Assembly (NCBI GenBank): GCA_003971905.1
Contig: RSEE01000141.1
Span: 118,449 to 138,448, forward strand
Length of the DNA stretch: 20,000 bases
Direction of reading: 5' to 3'
Source of the DNA: Moniliella sp. 'wahieum'
Taxonomy: Eukaryota
Shown here one piece after another: positions 1 to 10,575 of this stretch. The first letter of the stretch is position 1; the number at the start of each line of letters is the position of its first letter. The notes beneath the pieces are model-generated. The model saw only the letters and a program-made list of their open reading frames with translations. It was not told the DNA's origin and did no database searches. The translations under genes and the position numbers were made by a program.

Positions 1-706
1 GCATCCTACGCTGTTACGCTGTCTTGATGGGAGAAAGGAAGTCACCCCCCCGCCGGCATCCGCCACTCAGACTGAGGTTTTTGGCAAAACTCAATCGAGA
101 GAGAATGTGTACAGTCGGCGTGCGTGCGTATCGACATTGGGGCTGCTTCAAAGCAGATCTGGCCAGAGGTTGCATGGCTTTCCACTCTACAAATCATATT
201 GCCAAAGGTACGACCCATCATTTGATGAAGACTTTTTGTAATAGGTGCCATGTAGGCAAGTAGCTAGACGATGGGGGGGTAAGCTCCCACAGCCAATGTT
301 AAACGTCAAACGTCAACAAACGTTAACGAGGAACCGTTTACAACGTTTAATCCTTGCCCGGCCCTCCTCCGTAGCGCCACATGCACATCCTGCCATCGAG
401 CCATCCCTCGGTCGGGGTTGGGTGGTAACTCCGGTAACTGTGCCCGTGCCCCCTGGTGGCTCGTTTGCCAGGGGTCGATGAGCAGGCCGAGCAGGCCATT
501 CGGAGCTTGGCGACACAGTCGTTCGGCTCGTTTGCGCGCACCTCGCTGCGCCGACGATGAGAATGTTCGTACTATCGTGCTGATAGTAAGTAGCACTGCG
601 GCGGCGTTGCTGCGACTTGCTCCGCATCCCCAGACGATAAGATGATGGATGGATCGGTGATGCGGCGTCGCTGGGGTCGGAGTTGGACTGGGATGATCGA
701 TGATCG

Positions 707-790
707 TTGCGCAATGATTAATGACGCGTGATGCGTTACGCGTGACCGGATTTCCGGTTAGGGGCTCGGCCTTAGGCTTAGCTCAGCCTC
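707..790. promoter_or_regulatory. Cluster of palindromic putative cis-elements upstream of the DUF1399-type gene
   Basis: TTGCGCAA (707), TGATTAATGA (715), TGACGCGTGA (722), TTACGCGTGA (736), ACCGGA-tt-TCCGGT (745-758), GCCTTAGGC (769). Confidence 0.5.
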
Positions 791-1296
791 GGGTGTGAGG
801 CCGAGGTACCTGCGTCGGCGTGGGGCCACTAATCGCCCGACAGGAACAGTCGATAGCTGCTGGATCGCTTCGTCCGGCACGCCCCACGCGCCGCGCTCGC
901 GCCCAGTCTCGCGCCCTCTTCTGGTGCTCGTTGCGCACGTTGCGCCGGTCGCGCTCGTCGCCCCTTTCGTCTCTTTTGGGATCTCAGGCCCCGCCATCAA
1001 CGTACCCTTCTGCTCTTCTGCGCCATCCCAACCCCCCCTACCCGCCCTGCCTACTACTGTTGTACTGCCAGATAGCCACAGCACTGAATGTCGTCCCACA
1101 TCCTCCCATGTCCAGAGCACCTGCCGTCCAACTCCGAAGACAGTACCATAAATTCTCCCGCCGCCTCGCTGCCTCCTCTCTTTCTTTGTACCACCACCAC
1201 CCCTGGCCGGCTGGTCGTTTTCTACATCGGCAACTGCACTTGCCTTGCACTTGCTCACCAACCCCCCTCTATCCACATCACTATTACACCTGCAAC

Positions 1297-3573
1297 ATGC
1301 CCTCCGAGACCGCTTCTTCCCCGCCCCCGCCCTCTGGCCCAGGCGAAGCTCCTCCGGCCTACGCCCCGCACCGCCGCACTTTCCCCCACATCGCTGCCAG
1401 CGACACCACCAAGACCGTCACGCCTGACGAATGTGTTGCTCACTTGCGTCTGCTCGCTGTCTTTGCCGACTTGCGCGACTCGATTGCCCATGTGGATGGC
1501 TTGTTTGGACTGCGGGACGAGGATGTGCTATCTGAGTTTGTGAATGAGGACGATCGTAACAAGGCCTCGCGTTGATGCGGGAAAAACGGTGGGCGGTGTA
1601 TGTGGCGCGAGCGGCCGATCGGTTCGAGCGATTTTGGAGTACCTGCTTGCCGTCGTCGGGGCCTGTGATCACAGTGGACATTGTCGACTCGCCCCCGGTT
1701 TGGCCGATGCCATGAAGAGTACCAGGGCACCATCCGACCCGCCACTGTGGACCAAGAACAACTTACCGCCCCTCGACGTGTTGATGGTCTGGCACGCGTT
1801 CTGCCTCAATCCAATTACCTATCTCGAAGACTGTCTCCGTACAGCCCACATGCGGGTATGGAACGTGGGGTTCCCCTGGGCTTTGATTGACGCCTGCATC
1901 AACGATTCGCTCGATTACCTCCCTCCCGCCGAGGCCGCTGAGGCTTTCGAACAGGCCACTGGCTGTCTCTGGCGCAACCAACAAGATGAGACAGGCAAGA
2001 AGATCCAGTGTCCGCGCTGTACACAACAGCAGGAAGTCCCCTGGGCCACCGGGGGCCGCTTGGCAAGCTCGGAAAGCCGTGGTTCGATGCTACCAAGGGG
2101 TTTACCGATACGAACTTTCTTGTTAACTGCGCGTCATGCAGCTATCGCATTACGCACGATGATCTGCGGATGGCCAAGTTCCGTACCGATTACAGTCAAC
2201 TTTCAGTGGCCAATGTTGCCATGCCTGGGACCATTCTCCCGTTTGATGGGCATCCGCCGCACGAGCCGTCGATGGTGATGCGACAGTCGTATGGGAGCCA
2301 CTTTTTGTTGGACGGGGTCCCAATGACGTTGGGAGAAAAGCTCGACTTCAATGCCTACCCCCACCTTACCATCAACGACGTGCGGTATGTGCTCGAAAAA
2401 GGGTGCGCCTCTCGTGCGACGCTACGTAAGGTAGGAGGCTCCCAACCAGTCAGGCGGGATGTGGCCATTGCACGGCGCGTCAGCATTCGGTCCATGATGT
2501 CGCGGTACTGGGAAAATTCGTCTCCGTTTGGGTTGGACTTGGTGGGGGCCGTGTTGCGCCAAGGAACGTTTGTCCGCAAGATGGACGAGATTGATTGGTT
2601 GCACTCGCCCGCGTTGGACCAAACCATGACGCGTCTGATCGACAAGTACTCAGTCTTTCTCTTGATCATGAAGAAGTATCCTGGTGACATGGCGGTGCCG
2701 ACGCTTGACGTCGACTTGGCCTGGCACACGCATCAGCTCGCCCCAGCACGGTACTATTGTTACACGGTGCACCATATGCAGCGGATGATCAACCATGACG
2801 ATAAGGTCGCCTCAGGTCGGTTGAGCGATGCGTTTGAGCTGACGTCGAAGCGCTATACCAAGTTGACCAATGGTCAGCCCTACTCGGAGTGTACGTGTTG
2901 GTACTGCGAAGCGGTCCGGGAAGGCCAGACTAGCCGCGTTTCACCTGCCCTCTTATTTTCCTCCTCCACCGCCTCGCACGCACGAACCAACTCGGACGCT
3001 CTCCATTCCAATCCCAACGTCCACCATGACAATCCCGAACGCAACGCCCACATCTCGGCCCACAACGCTGTGCCGACCGAGGGAGATCGTGCGGCGTTGC
3101 GCAAAGAAGAAGTACGCCATCGTCGGCTCGTCTCCAAGGCCGAGGCTGCCCAACGGCGCTTGCACAAGCGCGGCTTGCTTGTCGCCTCGCCCGACGACGA
3201 GAAACGCAGGCGGGGCGAGTCGGAAGCCACCGCGATGGCCTGGGGCATCTACCCGATCTACATGCCCTACTACGCCCCTTACTACCCCGACCCATGCATC
3301 ACCGCCGGCTCAGGATCGGGCATGTACCCGTGCAACCCTGCGTGTGCTGCCATGGGCGCCGGAAGTGTGGGCGCATGTGTGGCGGGGGCCTGCGGGGGTG
3401 CTGTGGGCGCGGGCGGGTGTGGGACCGGTGCGTGCGGCTCGGTGGGTGGATACAGCGCGTGCTCCTCAGCTGGTGGATGTGGGAGCAGTGGCGGCGGTGG
3501 ATGCGGAGGCGGAGGCGGAGGCGGTGGATGCGGTGGCGGTGGCGGAGGAGGAGGCGGGTGCGGGGGATGCTGA
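1297..3573 (+). CDS. Glycine-rich domain-containing protein (DUF1399/GRDP-like) with Cys/Gly-rich C-terminal tail; three apparent frameshifts (~1567, ~1695, ~2055)
   Basis: Joined frames read MPSETASS..HLRLLAVFADLR..MREKRWAVYVARAADRF..LPPLDVLMVWHAFCLNP..DLVGAVLRQGTFVRKM..VPTLDVDLAWHTHQLAP..INHDD..HISAHNAV..GGCGGGGGCGGC*. The DLxxAVxRQxxF and PTLDVDLxWHTHQL motifs are typical of this family. Confidence 0.85.
3475..3570 (+). repeat. GGC/GGA/GGT low-complexity repeat encoding the poly-Gly/Cys tail
   Basis: ggcggaggcggaggcggtggatgcggtggcggtggcggaggaggaggcgggtgc, directly before the stop codon. Confidence 0.9.
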
Positions 3574-3856
3574 ATCGAGCTACCGCTCGCCTGTGGGCAT
3601 ATGCCCAAGTCAGGCGAAGGTACTGTACTTTGCACTGATATGTTTTGTATCCAGGAAGATGTACAGTATGCTTCGGGAATGGGTGTACCGTGGACATGTC
3701 TTAGCTCTCGCAGACGGAACATAGGGATGCACAGGCAGGATTGAAGAGGGGTGGTGTGTGGTGGTACAACCGCAACGGGCCCAATATAAGGTCAAGCCAA
3801 TCCACCTTCTTGGTGGTGTATGTGTATGTGTGTCCTTCCGCCGTCCCCCCTTGTAA

Positions 3857-3937
3857 GGACGGCTGGCGCAATGGTAGCGCGTCTGACTACGACTGGTTGT
3901 AATCAGGAGGTTGCAGGTTCGACCCCTGCGTCGTTCG
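3857..3937 (+). tRNA. tRNA-Arg(ACG) with a 9-nt intron (3893-3901)
   Basis: Acceptor stem GGACGGC/GTCGTTC; D arm GCGC-AATGGTA-GCGC; anticodon stem TCTGA/TCAGG with CT-ACG-A, then intron ctggttgta after position 37; T arm GCAGG-TTCGACC-CCTGC; discriminator G. Confidence 0.95.
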
Positions 3938-3954
3938 ACCCGACATGGGCGTCC

Positions 3955-3965
3955 TTTCTTTTTTT
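3955..3965 (+). terminator. RNA polymerase III oligo-T terminator of the tRNA
   Basis: tttcttttttt about 20 nt downstream of the tRNA 3' end. Confidence 0.75.
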
Positions 3966-4321
3966 CTTGCCGTTTTGCTCCATCAAGTCAAGTTCACTAG
4001 CTCTGAATTTCTCCTCAAATTGGATGGACGGTAGCTAATTAATGGATACTCTGAGTGGGATAGGAAGGAGTCCTGACCAGGCCGTGCTAGCCTGTGACCT
4101 ATGACTGATCCCCTTTATCTTGGCCTTGGTCAAGTCGGCTAGCCCCAGGGCGTGTGCTGGGAGCTCCGACAGCGTGTCTCTCTTCGGTGCAACACATGTC
4201 CGGCGCACGGCCCGGTCCTCATGCATCCCACTCTGCTCTGGTCGATCAGAAAGAAGGCTTGCCTGACTGCCCACCCACCCATCACTGTTTGTTGGTCGTG
4301 CCATCCACCCTCTTTCCCACC

Positions 4322-4847
4322 ATGCCTACCGCCTACAGTACCCCTGACGCACCAGCCGCTTTGGGTCCCTACTCCCAGGTCATTGTGCACGAGGCCACTC
4401 AGACCGCCTATGTTTCCGGCTGCATTCCGCTCGACCCAAACGGCAAATTGGTCGAGGTGTGGCGAGGAGATGCTTCGGCGCCTGGAGTGATTGAGAAGCA
4501 GACGGAGCAGGTGTTCAAGAACTTGTTTGCTGTGCTTAAGGCCGCTGGGGCAGAAAAATCGTCGGTGCTAAAGACGACGGTGTTCATCAAGAACATGGAA
4601 CACTTTAAGCGAATCAATGCTGTATACGAGCAGGTGCGTGCATGGGATATTTCTCTCCTCGCCTCACCCCGATTGCCTTGCATGCTTAGTACCATCCCTC
4701 ATACTGACCTGTCATGTTTCCCCATATTAGGCTTTTGAAGGCCACAAGCCTGCCCGCTCTGCTGTCGAGGTCGCACGTCTTCCTCTCGACGTTAGCATTG
4801 AAATTGAGTGTGTTGCTGCGATGGTCAAAGCCCCGGGCAGTGCCTAG
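4322..4847 (+). CDS. RidA/YjgF/YER057c/UK114 family enamine/imine deaminase (Mmf1/Hmf1-like); exons 4322-4633 and 4731-4847
   Basis: APAALGPYSQ, YVSGCIP, QTEQVFKNL, KTTVF..N.VY; intron GTGCGT..TACTGAC..TAG (4634-4730); exon 2 AFEGHKPARSAVEVARLPLDVSIEIECVA with the catalytic Arg of the PARS motif. No frameshift seen. Confidence 0.93.
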
Positions 4848-5342
4848 AGGGACATCAGCATCCGGTGCGCATCTTCCCGCTGCCCTCCGCCCCTCGCCTC
4901 CTGTACACAGACGTACACCTAGGTGGGGGGTCATCTACCACCGTATCTGCAATGCCATAATATTTGGTTTTCTCTTCCTTGCAGTCATTTCGACCGCAGT
5001 GGCCAGCACTGATGATGCATCCAGCTCCTATCATTCACTTTCCATTCTGTGTTCCTGCGTTCCTGTCATCATGCACGTTGAACGGTGCGCCACTGGCTTC
5101 TTGGTAGGCACATGTGACAGACAACCACCACAGGGGGGTGTAGCTTTGTCTCCTCGTTTGGATCTCCCCCCCCAGTTGTCTGCACCTTGCTCTGCGTTGA
5201 CTTCTACTATCCACCTTGCTTGGTCCCATCTAACTGGGCCCTCGCCCATGTCGGATGCTTCTGGATTAGGCACTTCCAAACTCCAGGGGGGAAGAGACGA
5301 GCCGCAGGGACTAGTGTGATATGGGGCCGGGAGCCAGGGTGG

Positions 5343-5356
5343 CACGTGACGCGTGA
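5343..5356. promoter_or_regulatory. Overlapping CACGTG and TGACGCGTGA (MCB-like ACGCGT core) upstream of tea4
   Basis: cacgtgacgcgtga about 215 nt before the ATG; the same 10-mer occurs at 722. Confidence 0.45.
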
Positions 5357-5567
5357 CAGGGCCGGCTGGCGGAACAACGGTCAGAGAGGGAGAGCGGAAT
5401 GGGACAGGTGAGGCCTGAGGGACAGTGTGCTAGTGTCCGAGTTGGCTGCCGAGTGCCTCCAAACCAGTCCGGTCACGTCGCGCTTTCCGCCGTGGAGCGC
5501 CATTGGCCAGCTACCACCACCACCACCACCATCGCAGCTGCCTGCTCCGAGCCGCTGCCACCACACC

Positions 5568-8500
5568 ATGGCTTCGGCTGCCACTGCCCCCGCTGCTGGT
5601 CAGCCCCAGGCATATGGACTCACCCTCGACACTGCCCAAGCCGCCCAGCTTGGCGCCCACAACCAGGCCGCCAAGGTTGCTGCTCTCCAGGCCCAGGCTG
5701 GCCTTCACGCCCAACTCGATCCCATTTCCCTCGCAGACCAGAGCGCCCACGCGTATGCCCAGAACCCCGCCTCTGGCGGTGAAGTCCATGCCAACTATGT
5801 CTCTACCCTCGATCCCCAGGCCACGACCATGACTGGCGTGGACCCCCGCATGGACACTAGCATGGAACTTACTCCGGATGAATATGTGGGTGACTACGAC
5901 CCCCAGTATGCTGCCCAGTATGCCGGCGGCGAGTATGACTACGAAGATGAAGATGAAATCGACGACGATGCCGACTATGACGAGGACGACGACCTTTCCT
6001 CCTCCCCTTCCATCCCGGACGAGAACATTGACTTTGATTTGGTTTATGCCCTGCACAACTTTATTGCTACCGTCGAGGGCCAAGCGACGGTGCAAAAGGG
6101 AAATAGCCTGAGGCTGCTCGACGACTCGAATTCGTACTGGTAGGTGGAACCTCTGGACCACTACCGTTCGTTGTGCTGACTCGTTTGTTTTACCCAGGTG
6201 GCTAGTGCGGGTCTTACCCACTCAGGAAGTCGGCTACATCCCTGCCGAAAACATTGAGAGTCCTTTTGAGCGCTGGCCCGCCTCAACAAGCATCGTAACG
6301 TCGGCCTCTCTTCGGCGACAGCGGCGGACCAGGTGCAAGTAGAGAGAACGTTCACTCTCGTATTTGGTCAAGACCCGGGAGCACCGCGTCCAGCTCCACC
6401 CTTCCTCGGGCAAGCTATCGGCGCTCTCAACCCGATTGGCTGGGAAGATGCCCACACCCTTGTCCGATCGGCGCAAGTCAACCGTTATGTTTGGCAACTC
6501 GACCGTGCTTGAGCTGAGTGATCACGAGGAATGGTCCGAGTCGGATGAGGAGGGTTACTACGACGACGAGGAAGGAAACGAGGAGGAAGATGAACACGAA
6601 AACGAAATGACAGCGAGATGGAGGGCGGGGGAGAAGCTGATGCGAGAGATGTGTCCGAGATGGACAATTTGACACCTGAACAGCGTATGATATTGCAACA
6701 GCAACATCACAATGCTTACTTGGAGCAACAACAGCAACTCGCCCACTATGCTGCATATGGCCAAGTGCCCGATACGAGCCGCGACTCGGACAGCAGTGCT
6801 CAGCTTTACCAAACGGGTGGGGTGGATTACACCCAGGGTCCGTATGCGCTCCAAAATTCCGCTCAGGATGCGCACCCTGAGCTCTCTCGTGACAGGAGCA
6901 CTACGCTCAACAAGAGCAGCAGCAGCAAACCTTGTTGGCTCAAGAAGGATCCAACTCCCATGGCCCCAGCAGCAGCAATATTTCGAGCAACATCAGCAGC
7001 AAAAGCGCAGCAGCAACAACGCAGCAACAAACGCAGCACAACAACACAACACTGCAGCCTACGGAATTGTCCCAGCAGCAGCAATACTTCCAGTGGAGTC
7101 AGCAACAACAGACGCAGCAGCAACAGATGCAGCAACAACAGCTGCTGCAGCAACAGCAGCAGCAGCAGTCTACGGATTTGACCTCACAGCTCGCGCAAGA
7201 GGGCGAGCCCAAGCCAGTACTGGAGGCGAGACTTTACCTCCCGGACAATCGGATGCTGGGGCACGTTTCTCCCCCGATCCGCGGGAGACTTCGCCGAGCC
7301 AGGAAGTTGGTATGCGTTCTCGCGACAGCATTGGCTCTGTGATCTCGGACACAGGCTCAGGGTCGGCCAATGCCGAAACAGAGCAAAAAGCGGTCCAGCG
7401 TGTTTGGGATCTTCTCCCGGCATAAGAAGGAACGCCGTGCAAGCCAAGCTTCCTCGTCGGGGAGCCTGCAGTCTCAAGAAACAGATTCAGGCGATGGGCC
7501 GGCCCAGCTGCCTTCCATCAGTGTGTCAAACTCCCATGACGCCCCGCAGATGAGCATTTCCACAGCCCCATCGGAAGACGCCGTGCCACCGCGATCGCCG
7601 CGGACGTCCTTGCAGCCTGACAATAGCCGTCATTTGTCCATCTATGGAGGGGTTCCATCGTCCGGGTCCGGCGGGCCGTCCGCTTCAGGTTCCGGACGGC
7701 CTCGGCCCGGTAGCTTGGTTATCCCTCGAGGCGACGTATCGGTGCCGATGCTCAACGTGTTGCGCGTCTTTGCCGCTCCTGAACTGATATCAGCGCAACG
7801 TACAAGACCGTCCTTCTCAACGATACGACGACAGCACACGAGATCGTCAACAGGCAGTTCAGCGGTTTGGTATTCGCCGTCGTTCAGCTCAGTCCCAGTA
7901 CGAGCGGAGAGGCCTTGGTACCGATGGCCCGGTTGACTTCGCCCTGCTGATGCGCATGGTGATGGGGAGGAGCGTATTCTCGCCCCCGACGAGGTCCCAC
8001 TCAAGGTTTATGAACACATTACTGAGCACGAGGCTAATGCGCTCATGCCCTCCGTCCGCGCTCCAGCGTTGGCTCCATATCATCTGTGGCGTCCAATCTG
8101 AGCGCCAAGTCGGCCATTACCAAGCTCAACCATGATTTCAGCGACGACCATGCGTCAAGTTCTTTCTTACGCGCCGAACTCGTCCTGGCATGGTAACAGT
8201 GGATCTGCTCATTCGGTCGCGGCATCTTCTACAGGGCCACCTAGGCCAGCGGACACGGAAGCGGCAATGCGGTTCGGTGTGCGCGTCCTCATTTTCCCCG
8301 ACGAGCTGCCTCGTTCCTCGCCTTTGACCCATCTAGTTCCGCCATTGTGCGTCGGACCATGCTCTCCGGCCTTTCCCGTCACGGGAGCTCAGGGAGCACA
8401 AATCGCGGTCAATCGGATGTCAACCCGCGTTATCGAGAAAAGGTGCTGGCTATCCCGCGCACCACAACCGTTGCCGAAGCGATTGAACTGGCCCTAGAAA

Positions 8501-10575
8501 AGTTTGGCATCCTCAAGGTGTTGTTGAAGGAGGAGATGAGGAGGAAACCAGGCGGCATGGATGAGGAGGACGAGGTGACGATCCCTTATGGCTTGACGCT
8601 TGACACTGGCGACAACGAGCAGCACCTTCGCCCCAACTCGGTGGTATATGAGGCGTTTCCATCGCCCCCTGCTCTGCGCAACGTTGCACGCGACTCGTCC
8701 AGGGATGGATCGTCGAAGCTTGGACAGCAGCACGATGCTCACCATCTAGCTGACATGCGCAACACCGACCCTGTCCTTATTCTCCGACAACAACAGCACA
8801 TTCAATCGAGCCTCAGTGCACCCATCAGTCGTACCGCTCGGGCTTGGAGTCCGACCGAGCGGGCATTGGCATCCAAGCGCGATGCCCAGCGTAGGAGCCA
8901 ACTCGATTTGGTTCGGACCTACTCTGACTCGATGATGCGGGATGCGGGGAGCAGCGAGACCAGTATGCGGGACCCTAACAAGGCAGTCTCTAGCTCGCTC
9001 CCTTGGGTCAGGAGGCACCACAGCCTCCCACTCAGGCTTCCAATGAGCAGCCTCATTCCGCCACGGCGCAAGAGCGGACACATGAAATGATCGTGGCTCA
9101 GCGTGCTAAAGCTCGTGCTTTGGCACTTGAAGCGGCAGGTGGTGCCAGCACGGCTGCTGTTGCTTCCTCGGCACGGGGAGAGAATCGAGAAGCCAATACT
9201 GTTGACCAGGATCCCACCAACTTAGGTCGTGACCCTTTTGCCTCTGACGACGACGACGGCGACGATATCAATGTCATCCTGGACCATGTGATGGACGGAA
9301 CGGAGGAGGACACGCACGGCTCGTCCCCCCGTCCTTCCTCCCAGGACATGGGATTTGCTCGATTGCAGCCATGACACACAAAGCGATGTGGGTGAGGAGA
9401 GCTCTGCCTTGCCTTCTGGCCACATTTCCGACCATGCTACCGAGGTAGACACCCCACTTCTGCTCTGGAACCTGTCGCACCACTCACCCCCCGTCGCCCT
9501 CCTCTTCCAGGGTCCGGACGGACACACGAGAACTGTTGACGGAACCAAATGAGGCAAAACAGGGTGAGGACAGGTCTGCTGCCACGTCGGTCCTGGATGT
9601 GCCAGGCGCATACATCTCTACTTCGGCCAGCCCCGCCCCGAGTTCTACTCCTGGTCAGGAGGACGCGCACGCTGGGACTGTGGCGGCTGGTGCGGGCGCT
9701 TTGGCCGCTGGGGCGGCTGCTGGGGTGGCGGCCGTAAGAGCGGCTCGAGCCCCTCGCCTCCCTTGCGTCTGCTTCGGTGTCTGCTTCGGCGCCTCCTTCG
9801 GCGCCTGTGCCAATGTCTGGATTGGGGAGTACACGCAGTGTCTCCAACCCTGTTGTTCGAAACGCCCCGCCCCAGCTTCGCCGGTCACCGCGTCACGCAT
9901 TCGGGCGGGTCAGGCTCGATTCGGTCACAACAGGTGATGTCGCCGTCCTTTGCTTCCCCGCCCAACTCTTCTGCCCGTCCCCTATCTCAAGTCGCATAAC
10001 ACCTGTCACTGCGCCGGCCGGATCCGTTGGTCATCGGCGGACTTTGAGTTCACAAGGCGGTGTCACCAAGACCGACGTCTCGACCCCTCCCCCTTCGGAT
10101 GGGACCGGTCGTCGCTCAGGGGCTGGGAGCACGCTGGGCCCCTGAGCCTGGACCATCTGTATGCCGTGATGGACGCGGCTGCTCACCCGTCCGTGCGACC
10201 AGGCAGCGCCGTTTCGCTGTCCAAGCGCGACTCGCGCAGCTTTAGCGGGACAAGCCGGCGCATCTCTCGAATGGTAGAGATGACCCCGACACTTGGGTGG
10301 TCATCCACCTTCTCGGACGGTGCCTGGCCCGACATTCAGTCGATCAAGGCCGAGCAAGCGCTACAAGTCGGCGGAATGGGCGGACCAGAGGCGATGCTTG
10401 TCCATCTATTTGCCCCGCCCCTGAGCACCGTGGTCACCCTGGCCTCGCCCAATGGCGCGGGCGCGGGCGTGTCGCCCCCCCCATCTCGGCGCGGTACCTG
10501 CAGATGGACAAGGACCTGAAGCAGGTGGACCAAGCATTGGACCAGCTACTGGTCGACGCGCTGCGGCTTGCCTAA
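5568..10575 (+). CDS. tea4: SH3-domain cell polarity protein of the Tea4/Bud14 family (about 1650 aa); intron 6140-6197; many frameshifts
   Basis: IPDENIDFDLVYALHNFIATVEGQATVQKGNSLRLLDDSNSYW|WLVRVLPTQEVGYIPAENIESPFER(LARLNKHRN) is the Tea4/Bud14 SH3 signature. Intron GTAGGT..CTGAC..CAG. Also an acidic tract, polyQ, RA-like segments (NVLRVFA..; YREKVLAIPRTTTVAEAIELALEKFGI) and a C-terminal helix YLQMDKDLKQVDQALDQLL. Internal frame junctions are not fully resolved. Confidence 0.82.
6905..7168 (+). repeat. CAG/CAA trinucleotide-rich tract encoding polyglutamine segments in Tea4
   Basis: Repeated cagcagcaacaa runs; translates to QQQQYFEQHQQQK and SQQQQTQQQQMQQQQLLQQQQQQQ. Confidence 0.9.

Noticed and set aside
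24..714. Short ORFs at the window start
   Set aside because: No recognisable domain or coherent exon structure; treated as intergenic.
3282..3722. Antisense Pro/His-rich ORF and alternative-frame Arg/Trp-rich ORFs
   Set aside because: Shadows of the GGN repeat in the Gly-rich tail.
4196..4321. In-frame upstream ATG extending RidA (possible mitochondrial presequence)
   Set aside because: The extension is poor in Arg and contains acidic residues, unlike a presequence; family similarity begins at 4322.
4714..5319. 201-aa ORF with a hydrophobic stretch
   Set aside because: It starts inside the RidA intron, overlaps exon 2 out of frame and has no recognisable motif; the hydrophobic part is simply T-rich DNA.
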